From Candidatus Bathyarchaeota archaeon (GTDB lineage: Archaea > Thermoproteota > Bathyarchaeia > 40CM-2-53-6), in assembly GCA_963833125.1 (NCBI GenBank), contig CAWHWX010000001.1:1-64000 (forward strand): a stretch of 64,000 nt of DNA, in the 5' to 3' direction. The translations under genes and the position numbers were made by a program. The notes beneath the pieces were generated by a model, which saw only the letters and a program-made list of their open reading frames with translations, made no database searches and was not told the origin of the DNA. This document shows positions 31,470 to 41,159 of this stretch, piece by piece; within the stretch, counting starts at the first letter, position 1, and the number at the start of each line of letters is the position of its first letter.

Positions 31470-33365
31470 TCATTGTTTGGATAGTTCAACTGCATCCCTG
31501 TGCGGAATGTACAGACTGTTGAAGAACTCTCTTTGGAAGTCTGGATCCGCGGCGAGTTCAACGTCTTCCAGCATTCCCGCCACTTTCAGGGCTTCCACGA
31601 GTTTTTCCTTAGAGAGTAGGCACATTCGTGCGCCTGAGCCAGCGGTATTTCCGGCGAATGATATGCGTCCGAGAGGTATGTCGGGGTACATACCGATCGT
31701 GCGTGCGCTATGCGGGTCCACGTAGGTCCCGAAGGCTCCTGCTACAAACAGTTTCGTGATATCGTCGATCCGAACCTTGAGGCGCTTTGTCAAAACGACG
31801 ATTCCAGAATAAGATCGCTGCCTTAGCCAACTTGATCTCCTCGATATCTCGTTGAGTTATGACAATGTCTCGACCTGTCTGAGTTTCATTCACCGCGCGA
31901 GAACGTACTCTCCCGAACCATTTACTCTTCTAAACCGCTTTGAAACAGTTTTCGGGTCGATTCGTCCCTCTAAGTTGATTATTCCAGTCCGGCGCATGCT
32001 TCGCGATGGCATCAATTACGCCGGAACCGCATATTCCTCTAGGTTTCGCTTCGCCTATAGTGCTGTACTCCGCCTCTAGGGTAGTAGGGTCTACCCATAC
32101 TCTTTCGATGGCTCCGACCTCAGCTCGCATCCCATGTTTGAGCTGTGCTCCCTTCAAATGCAGGGCCAGATGGTGAGGAGCAGGCAATCATTCGTTTCTC
32201 ATTTCCTAGAACTATTTCAGTGTTCGTGCCGATATCAACAAGGAGTTCCAGATTAGGCGACGTGTGTATTTGGGTCGCCAGGACGTCAGCGACGGCATCT
32301 GCACCGACGAAGCCAGCTACGTTGGGAAGAGCGTCAAGGAGGCAGCCCCGAATTGGCAATGATTCCCACTTCACTCGCATAGGTCCTAAAGGGCGCACAG
32401 AGAGCGGGCGTGTACGGAGCTAGCGCCACGTACTTTGGCGACGATGCCTAGAAAGATGTAATGCATTGCCCGTATTGCCAACGATTCTTGACCACCTGGA
32501 AGACCTCTTAAGGTTCAACGCGCAAGGCCTGTGCACAACACTCCTGAATAAGCGAGTTTGTCGCTTGAACGACTTTCCCTTGCAATTCGATAAGTTCGTT
32601 AGGTCCATTCGAAACGTATGAGATTAGAGAGATTACATCGCCCGCAGAATGCGACCTGCGGATTTGGTCATGGAAGCGTTGGCTACGACGATTCCCGAAG
32701 TCAGGTGGATTAAATCATCCCCGGCTAATTTTGTCGTTCCTATGTCTACGGCAAAACTCGTAAACCAGTCAGTCAGTTCGCCCTGCGTCAATCCAGGTGA
32801 TGAGTCTGTCCCCAGATACGGTAACCGTGACGTCCCATTCGCCTTTACGGATGGCCTACTGGCAGCTGCTTGAGGGCCGCATATCCAAGCTGCAATCCTG
32901 GAAGAGCACACTCCACCTGCATGACTTCGATAACTCTCTCAAAGTCACCTCTGAAATCTCTTAGCGAGGCCCGGCAGTTTGATGAAGTGTTTTTGGACAA
33001 TCGGCGACAAGTCGACTTTCGGTTGGATTCCAGCGACTAGGAGCTGATGCGCTTCGGTGAGACTTTCAGGCGGGATATGAACGGTGATTGGAGCAGCGGC
33101 AGTAATCTTGGCGCAACATGCAATCCTAAATCCTTGTTCAATGTCCTGCCCAGAGAGTGACATTCGCTCCAGGTCCGTTATTGGCGATACGTTCTCTGAT
33201 CCCGATGACACCTCAACTCGACACTTGCCGCACACGCCTCGCCCCGCACAGACGTTTGAGACCTGGAGTTGGGCTGCAAGTGCAGCGTCAAGCAGTGTTC
33301 TGCCCATCGCCACCTTCACGGTGTCGTTCTTGCGCCGGAAATTCTACCTCGGCTTCTGGTGCCAT
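31470..33365 (-). CDS. ASKHA-domain corrinoid reductive activator (RACo/RamA-like) with N-terminal 2Fe-2S domain, many indels
   Basis: CAGRGVCGKC...C ferredoxin, AVDIGTT, GFVGADA, LVDIGTNTEI, GPAFEG, GICGSG, ITQRDIEEI.LAKAA, AGAFG and GNTAGSGA. Confidence 0.88.
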
Positions 33366-33506
33366 TGATTCTGTAGTCACTTATCCAACTAGTTCAACTC
33401 GAATCCTGTTAAGAGCATTTCGAAGTTTCGTTGGAACCCTATCCTCGATTCGACCCTGAGAATTGCGGAGCCTAGAGACGATTAGACGGCTTCATAGCAT
33501 TATTAT

Positions 33507-34572
33507 TTATTTACTATGCAATTTCCGGGCGGGCATTCTTATTTCTTCAATCGAACGGTTTTGTATTTTCTTGGATTGTTTATCGAGTTTCAGAGGCGGT
33601 GCGTTTTCTTGTAGAGCCTTCACTGCCTGTATGAATGTCTTGATACTGTCTGTAGGTGTTGATGAAGGTAAATTGCACCCAAAGCTTGCAACTAAGTTTT
33701 CAGTTCCACCTCCGGCCGTTAGCATCTGTGTGACGTTTGTCCGAATCGTTTCAGGTTTCTCAACTGACAGATTAGTCGGAGAATAATTTCCAAAAACCAA
33801 CACATCACTTGGCACTGCTTTAATGGCGTCAGAGAGTGAGACGGTCTGGTCGATACTAATCGCCGCCACGCCCGTTTCACCCATTTGTTTAAGGAGATGG
33901 TTCACGCGCCCACAAATGTGTAAGATGATGTCTGTGGAAACTGCCTCCGCCACAAGACTTAGTGGGGTTTTGGCGAACTGCTCAAAGTGGCGCGGCGAAA
34001 TCAGGCTCGACGACATGTCTGCCATCACAAGAAAATCCACCCCCGAGTCTCCTAGGCGTTTAGCATAATCAACCACAGTTTCGGTGCAGTCCGCAATCAA
34101 TTTCGAAATTACAGCTTCGGAGCGTAGAAGCCCTAGCAACAATTGCTGAACGCCAAGAATCTGGCTAACTAACGTAAATGGGCCTGTCACAAAGAAACCT
34201 GTGGGAACATCCTTCACTTGCTGTGAAATCTGCTTTGCCGCCTCGACCATCGATGACATTCTGTCGGTGCGCATCTGATGCAGTGATGCTGTGACGCTGT
34301 CGAGGGGCACATACGTCCTGATCTCCGGCGGGTCATAGTCGCTGAATAAGGGATTGAGACCGTATGACTCAGCTTCAACTGTTAGGTCCATGAGAGAGAT
34401 AACCGCATCAGGTTCGAATTGTCGAAGATTACTCCGAACTAGTTCAGCGTGAAGCCTAGGGTCATGGAGGCATTGCTGCGCAGTTAACCCTCCCGTTTTG
34501 AGGCCCGCGATACCCCAAGATTGGAACAACGCCGAACCGATCTAACGAGCTGAAATAATCACGCAGCGTCAT
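33507..34572 (-). CDS. Uroporphyrinogen decarboxylase-family methylcorrinoid methyltransferase (MT2, MtaA/CmuA-like), indel near the 5' end
   Basis: DLTVEAESYG, GPFTL, SLISP, LHICG (Zn ligands H-x-C), SIDQ, FGNYSP and FGCNLP. The true start MTLRDYF is at 34572. Confidence 0.8.
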
Positions 34573-34590
34573 ACTCGCTTCGCCGTCATG

Positions 34591-36004
34591 TCAGATATTC
34601 AGCCCATATTCCTCTGGGACAAACGTTTGGCCCCAATTTTTCTTGATCTCCGGCTCTAACTCTTCGGGGGTTTCAGGCATTGATGCAAGCGCCTTCTCAA
34701 TTCGAGCCAACCATTTGCTTTCTGCAGCACTTGTCGAAAGCAAATTCTTGTTGGTGGCATCTCGCATTGTGCTGCATGCGGAATTGGCCGCCTTCAAAGT
34801 TCGTGCGTAGTCGTCCGATTCACTCACTATAGCCTTAGCTAATGGGAAGCAGATGTCCGGGTCGAGAAAGAGAGCTTGTGGATCCCTATAATGGTCGGAT
34901 TCAATTAGCAGATTCCGAAGAATTTTCGACTGCCGAAGATCGTGCGCGGTGTTCATGAGGCGACAGTCGTAGATAAGCATCTCAGTGCACACCTCGGGCG
35001 CCTGGCCCCCTAACAGCCTGACATTCTGGACCGACTCATTGGTCCAAAGGTCACAGACCGCGGACGCAATATTCCCCAAAGGTGAAGAATGCGCGCAGGC
35101 AGCAGACTTTCCCTCCATAGCAATCGGTACTCCTGCAATGATTTTCATTACGGGGTTCTCGTAACCGCAATCCTCCCCGGGACCAACAGCTCCTTCCTCA
35201 AACGCACATAACGTCCTCACGGCCGACACTGCTCGCACAAACGCCGCCAACACACGTGGGATGTAGTTCTGATGTGCGAGCTGCATGGCAGTGTTGGCGA
35301 ACACGCAGGCTGAGTCTCCACCGCCTAAAATGTTGTGTCTCGTGGTAATGTCGGTGACGTGACGCCAAAGATATCTCATGTCGCTGCAGGCGAGAACGCC
35401 TAGACTGTAAAGAATCGCAGTCACGTCCCCGCGCATTATGGCCTTGTCGAAAAGTTCCTTACCCCCAGTGCTCTCGATAGATAGAATATCGGCGCCTGAT
35501 GCGGCGCACTTTTCCATTGACTCCATAATCTTCTTGAAGCCTTCCCCCGTCCGCATTCTGGGTGGCCGCTCTGCTTCCCTCACATCGGCCACCGTAACTC
35601 GAAGCGCTGACATCAAACCATGCTTCCTGTGCGCTTCTTCGATAATCGATTTCATCTGCCGTGTAATTTCTGCGCCCCACTCCGGATGAGTTGTCAATTC
35701 GTAAAGGTGCTCAAACTCCAAAGCTAATGCAGGACAACCCAGCTGCGTTGCCTTCGCTAGTACCCCTTTTGACATCTCTTGGTACTGATGTTGGACCTCG
35801 TTCCAAGTAGAGGGTCCAATTGACATTGTAGGCAGCGTGAAGTCAACTTCAGGTAAAACCGTCCCTCCACCTATGGTCAACCCAAACCCTGCGCTGGACT
35901 GGGTTTGGAGCCACACCGAAGATGATGTCGTCCGGGGAGTCATATGACAAGCTACGGAAGCGTCGCTTAGGCTCTCGCGACTCCTTAGCCGCCGGAACTT
36001 GCAA
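34591..36004 (-). CDS. mtaB: Methanol:corrinoid methyltransferase MtaB (acetogen-type), indel near 35897
   Basis: FRSLSYDSPDDIIFG, IGGGTVLPEVDFTLP, PEWGAEI, GADILSIESTGGKE, GGDSACVFANTA, DCGYE, EGKSAACAHSS..GNI, WTNESVQNVRLL and DPQA. The Zn ligands Glu/Cys/Cys are present. Confidence 0.92.
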
Positions 36005-36273
36005 ATCGCATCGAGTCTCAAATCCAACCCGGTCACTAATAGCAAGCGCGTATGCAACCTACTTTTGCCAACAAGTTAACCAGCCTGCGCACTCCGACTG
36101 TCTCGATCATGGGCTACTTATCTAACGACAACTTTGAGATGAGCAGCAATGGATTTGCAGAATCCCCATTATGTAATGGTGGCATATTGCAGAAGTCGAG
36201 AGCATAGTCAGTGGACGTTGTGGTCGAAAATGACCATGCGGGCTATCCAGCACAAAGCTTCGACTGCTTTTTC

Positions 36274-36930
36274 TCAGTCGATCTCCAGAGATTTCATAGC
36301 TCTAGAAACGGCCGTGACGGCGTCCGGCGCGGAATCATCGGCACCAATCTCGTGCGCCCACTCTTGGGTAACTGGTGCTCCACCAACCATAATCTTCAGG
36401 CCGGACCGTAACCCTCTTTCAGTGAGCGTCTTGATAACCTCTGCTTGCTTCACCATTGTCGTTGAAAGCAGCGCTGAAAGTCCTAGTATGTTGGGTTTCA
36501 ACTCTTCGACTTTTTTTACGAAGACTTCTGTGTTAACGTCGCAGCCCAGGTCGTAGACCTTGAAACCATTCACCTCAAACATTGTAGCCACAATGGTCTT
36601 TCCGATGTCATGAATATCTCCTTCCACGGTACCAATCACTACGATCCCGACGTATTTCCGCTCCACTTTCGCTTTCCTCAACTCGGGCTCGATCACTTGT
36701 AGACCATTCTTCATGGCCTCGGCCGACATCATCAGATCTGTTAGGTAGGCTTCCTCTTTGCCGAATCTGTCTCCAACAATCATCAAACCCTTGGTTAAGC
36801 CTTCATTGAGTATTCTGACTGGGTCCATTCCAAGACTGACCAGTCTGGTGGTGAGTTCTTTGGATTTGTCAATGTCACCGTCTGTGACTGCCTGAACGAG
36901 TTCCGCAACGAGACCGTTCGTATCCGGCAA
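36274..36930 (-). CDS. Corrinoid (B12-binding) protein, MtaC/MtmC type
   Basis: Cap domain, GTVEGDIHDIGK (DxHxxG), SALLSTT and MVGGAP. Co-oriented upstream of mtaB. Confidence 0.93.
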   Translation of the reverse strand: MPDTNGLVAELVQAVTDGDIDKSKELTTRLVSLGMDPVRILNEGLTKGLMIVGDRFGKEEAYLTDLMMSAEAMKNGLQVIEPELRKAKVERKYVGIVVIGTVEGDIHDIGKTIVATMFEVNGFKVYDLGCDVNTEVFVKKVEELKPNILGLSALLSTTMVKQAEVIKTLTERGLRSGLKIMVGGAPVTQEWAHEIGADDSAPDAVTAVSRAMKSLEID

Positions 36931-37113
36931 AGTGTTTCCAGGGACTTATTTCCGACGAGGGTTGATAAACCTGTTTTCCGTCTCGCAGGGTTTGAATCTT
37001 CCTTACCTTGAAATTGTCGATGAGTCAGTCGCCTACTTAGTCGGCAAATCCGATGTGGTAACATGTCGCAAAGTTTTATGGGTGCTTCCAGAAATTGCTC
37101 CTCGGCTAGGAAT

Positions 37114-37760
37114 TTGCGATCTACTGAAGAAATCCTCGAAGACCTCAGAATCGCCGTCGTCAGCTATGACAGAGATCTTGCGATTAGAGTTGCCGAAGAA
37201 GCTCTGAGTTGTGGCATAGATCCCCTAAGGGCGATGGAGGAGGGGCTAGCCAAGGGAATAAAAGAGATTGGCTCCAAATTTGGCACAGAATGTTTCCTGT
37301 CGGATCTGATGATGGCAGCAGACGCCATGAAGGCGGGCGTTACCGTGCTCGAACTCGGGAATGAAAAACGATGAAAAAGAGCGGAGCGTGGGAACAGTGG
37401 TCATTGGAACCGTAAAGGGCGATATACACGATATCGGCAAGAACCTCGTATCAACTATGCTCGGTCAATGGTTTCAAGGTAATGGATCTGGGAGTCGATG
37501 TCCCTTCGGAGGCATTCATCCACAAAGCCGAAGAAGGATCAGCCAACATCATAGCAGTCTCATCTTTGCTATCAACGACCATTGCCTACATGGAAGACTT
37601 GATCCATCTTATGCGAGACCTCGGCTGCAGAGACAAGTACAAAGTTCTCGTTGGCGGAGGACAAGTTACCGAAGAGTTCGCGAAAGAAATAGGCGCAGAT
37701 GGCTACGGAGAAGAAGCGGCACAGGCTCCGGTCATAGCCAAGCAGCTCCTAGGGAAATAG
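37114..37760 (+). CDS. Second corrinoid protein, divergently transcribed, two indels
   Basis: GLAKGIKEIG...FLSDLMMAA, GTVKGDIHDIGKNLV, DLGVDVP, SSLLSTT, LVGGG and IGADGY. Confidence 0.9.
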
Positions 37761-38012
37761 AACAATTTGTCTGGCAACTACAAACCTCGGTATTCTCCCG
37801 ATTTCGGCATGATCCACGTCTCGGAGAAGAAAGATAATGCAATCTGATACGTCAAGCCACTCAGGTCCAGCTCGGAGCACCTATCCTAAACCACACAGTT
37901 GTGCAGATCTTCCTAGGCATCAATTGATTTCAGCTCAGACTGCGAGTTAGATGAAGGTTAGACTAAATACTATCGTGAACTGAGTAAAATCGCATGGGAG
38001 AATCGGACGCCG

Positions 38013-38977
38013 ATGCTCGATGATCCGGTTCTTGTAAATGATTGGCATGTGGTGGCGTTTTCGAAGATATACAGAAAGATAGAACGTCTGCCGCGTCTCC
38101 TGAGGGAGGACCTTGTTCTATGGCGATGTGGAGGTGAAGTCAAGGCCTGGCAGGATCTGTGCGTTCATCGTGGAACTCGCCTATCTCTAGGCTGGATCAA
38201 GGACCAGACACTCACTTGTTCATATCATGGCTGGACTTACGATGATTCGGGTAAATGCATACGCATACCAGCTCATCCGGATCAAAAACCTCCTCTGACG
38301 GCCAGAGTCAAAACATACCAGGCTAAGGAGCGGTACGGGTTTGTCTGGGTCTGTTTAGGAGAACCGAGGGCGGATATCCCAGAGATTCCTCAGTTGGACA
38401 ACCCGAGCTATACAAAGATCTTCTGCGGTCCATACCGTTACAAAGCTAGCGGTCCTCGTGCGATCGAGAACTTCTTAGACGTTCTGCGCATTTTCCATTT
38501 GTACACGAAGGACTTCTTGGTGACCCAAGGCATCCAGAAATCGCGGATTATGAACCAGTGATCGAACCGAACGGTGTTACGGCCAAATCCATTTCAGTGT
38601 GGCAGCCAGATCCCGATGGCACAGGACAGCCCGCGGTAGTCACCTACACTTATCGTGTGCTACGTCCTTTGACGGCGTATTTGGCGAAGGAGTCTGGGGA
38701 GAACCGGTACACCCTACTTATGATCGTGACGCCTGTGGACGCAGTCGATAGTATCGCATGGATGCTGATTGCGACTAACTACGCTCACGATCAGGTTGAA
38801 CAACTTAGGAGTTTCCAAAATAAAATCGTAAGTCAAGATGTCCCGGTGGTAGAATCTCAGCGGCCCGAACTTCTTCCTCTCGACTTACAAGCTGAGCTGC
38901 ATCTACGATCGGACCGAATGTCTATCGCCTATCGGAAATGGTTGAGAGAGATCGGTCTTACGTTCGGCACCGGGTAA
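38013..38977 (+). CDS. Rieske non-heme iron oxygenase alpha subunit (VanA/NdmA-like demethylase clan), indels
   Basis: DLCVHRG...CSYHGW Rieske motif, ENFLD..H mononuclear Fe site, QD...VESQRP and DRMSIAYRKWL. Confidence 0.88.
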
Positions 38978-39076
38978 ATCGATTCGATCGCGATCAAGAT
39001 CAGGCTGTTGAAACCGTTCTTAAGAAGATGGCGCGTAAGCAATTGTTCATGCAGTGTTCCGTTACCCGGTTCCTCG

Positions 39077-40924
39077 TCATGACTTTCCCGCGGGTTTTTC
39101 GTCAACCGCTGCAATTATCGGACTGACTATCTTCTGTCTTTCGAGGTCTACCCACCCTTTGTCAGTGATATTGTACCGGCCTGTTTCCCAGCCCCATCCT
39201 GTCAGAGCGCCGGTGAAAAATCCTAGGTGCATGAATGGATGCGTAAGTTTGCACCCCATACCTCTGAGAGACTCTTTCATCGACTTGATTTTTTCTGCCA
39301 TTGTCTGAATGTCTATGTCCGCCATCAGCCCCACAATCGGTAACGGTAAGCTATTCAGGACTTTTCCGTTGGCAACCGCGACCTGTCCGCCATGCATTCG
39401 AGCGATCTCGTTGCCAGCAAAGGCCATGTCATGAGGAGTTGTGCCTATCATCACTATGTTGTGGTGATCATGAGCTACAGTCGTCCCGATTGCTCCCATC
39501 TTAAGGCCGAGATCGGAAGCGAAGCCCGCGTGGATGCGCCCGCTTGCTCTGTGGCGTTCCGCAACAGCAATCAGTACTACGTCGTGCTGGATGCTTGGGA
39601 GAATGATTCCGTTTTTCACTTCCAATACAGCTTCGCCGTTTCTGAATCCTCGAAGCTCCTCATTACTCACAAGAGTTTGGACTCTTACGCTCTTAACGTT
39701 CTTCTTCGTTCGGACCAAGAAGTCAGTTGCCTTTAGCTTTCGTTTCAGCTTGACAGTGTCCGTCAACGTTGGTGTGTACCGAGTCTTAGGGAGGTGCATT
39801 ACCATCGTTCCGTTTTTGGCTACTACCTTGCCCATCGATATTGTTGTGTCAACCTTGAATTCCTCTAATTTACGCACCAAAAGTATGTCTGCGTATCTAC
39901 TGGGCGTGATACTTCCAATGGCATGGTCAATTCGAAATAGTTCAGCTGCGTTCAGAGTACCAATTTGTATCGCGACGACGGGGTCAACCCCTTCCTCGAT
40001 CGCTCTCCTGACGTGATGATCTATATGCCCCCGTTCAGCAATGTCTTCGGCGCTCAAATCATCTGTTGCGAAGCTGATGTGCCGTGATTGTACATGATGC
40101 TCAGTTATCACTTTAGCTTGATTCTTGAGATTTTGCATCCAAACGTTTCCGCCTTCAATGAAGTTGACTCTGATACCGTTCCGTAACATTTCAAGCTCCC
40201 CTTTCGTTGTCCATTCACCTTCATGTGAATAATCGACACCTGCGCAAACACAAGCTGGAATGGTTCGCTGCAGATCTTCAACAATCCCACAAGGTCCGTC
40301 CGTAACTTTTCCCAACTCTCTTGCGCACGCAATTTTGTCTACGATGTCCGCGTTCTTCGAGAGCAGCATGGGCACGCTCAGTTCATCCCACCCGACAGCT
40401 TCTGGCCAAGCTAACATCTTCTTCAGAGCTTCCTTACTGAAATGCCCGCCTACTGTTTCAACCTTTGACGGAGTCATTGGAATCTCGAAGCAAACGCTAA
40501 GCCACTCTTTGAAGGGCAGTCTCCGTGCTTCTTCCACAATCTCTCGTATGCCTCTCAACCCGGCGACTAACCCCACCTCATGCAGATCACACATAACTGA
40601 AGTGGTTCCTCTCGGCAAGACCGCTTCAGCAAAACGAGTCATTGAGAGCATCGTGCTCTCAATGTGTATGTGGGTATCTACGAGACCGGGTACGAGAAAT
40701 GCGCCTTCGGCATCAACGACAACTGTCCCATCTCCCACGCAATGCTTAACATCCCCAATCTTCGCAATCCTGTTACCGGCGACCGCAACACCTCCAGCGT
40801 ATATCTCCCCCGTGCAAACATTCACGATCTGGCCGTTCAATACCACCAAACTAGCCGACCGCTTATCCAAAGCAACATCCATAGCCTGAGAGAGTTCTTC
40901 GAAATTCAAACGGGAGGAACCCAT
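39077..40924 (-). CDS. Adenine deaminase family protein, divergent paralog
   Basis: PGLVDTHIHIES, GTTSVMCDLHE, ATDD, ERH, TVAHDHHN and LPLPIVGLM. Non-canonical WDELS, DGPC and SHEG in place of GEMM, DGH and DHE. Confidence 0.85.
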   Translation of the reverse strand: MGSSRLNFEELSQAMDVALDKRSASLVVLNGQIVNVCTGEIYAGGVAVAGNRIAKIGDVKHCVGDGTVVVDAEGAFLVPGLVDTHIHIESTMLSMTRFAEAVLPRGTTSVMCDLHEVGLVAGLRGIREIVEEARRLPFKEWLSVCFEIPMTPSKVETVGGHFSKEALKKMLAWPEAVGWDELSVPMLLSKNADIVDKIACARELGKVTDGPCGIVEDLQRTIPACVCAGVDYSHEGEWTTKGELEMLRNGIRVNFIEGGNVWMQNLKNQAKVITEHHVQSRHISFATDDLSAEDIAERGHIDHHVRRAIEEGVDPVVAIQIGTLNAAELFRIDHAIGSITPSRYADILLVRKLEEFKVDTTISMGKVVAKNGTMVMHLPKTRYTPTLTDTVKLKRKLKATDFLVRTKKNVKSVRVQTLVSNEELRGFRNGEAVLEVKNGIILPSIQHDVVLIAVAERHRASGRIHAGFASDLGLKMGAIGTTVAHDHHNIVMIGTTPHDMAFAGNEIARMHGGQVAVANGKVLNSLPLPIVGLMADIDIQTMAEKIKSMKESLRGMGCKLTHPFMHLGFFTGALTGWGWETGRYNITDKGWVDLERQKIVSPIIAAVDEKPAGKS

Positions 40925-41014
40925 TGAAATCTTCCTTCCTGATCAAATCGCTAGGGGTCAGCCTGTTTCTGACGCTATTTACTGGTTTTCAACTATGCGA
41001 ATCAAAGGTGTGTG

Positions 41015-41090
41015 AGAGTGGAAATTTGGACCAGATTATGTTAAACGCAAGCGCCCCCAACAACCTCATAAGTACATCTTCGGTCGGCTG
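41015..41090 (-). pseudogene. Relic of the nucleotidyltransferase-like gene at 26362..27135
   Basis: EDVLMRLLGALAFNIIWSKF versus EGVLLRLLGALAFHIHCPKF. The DNA AAACGCAAGCGCCCC..CAACCTCA is shared, and both sit divergent from an APC copy. Confidence 0.7.
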
Positions 41091-41103
41091 ATAATCAGTC
41101 CTG

Positions 41104-41123
41104 AACATAAGTACGAAGATGTT
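41104..41123. promoter_or_regulatory. AACAT-N10-ATGTT palindrome upstream of APC copy 2
   Basis: AACATAAGTACGAAGATGTT, matching 27261..27280 at 19 of 20 positions. Confidence 0.45.
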
Positions 41124-41159
41124 AAATTTGCATAAGCCGAGCCCTAGTGTGGTAATCTT

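Noticed and set aside
27318-33365. Mass pseudogenisation of APC copy 1, mtmB and the ASKHA activator
   Set aside because: Motifs remain conserved, and indels cluster regionally across unrelated genes, as expected for a low-quality read segment. It cannot be called without polishing.
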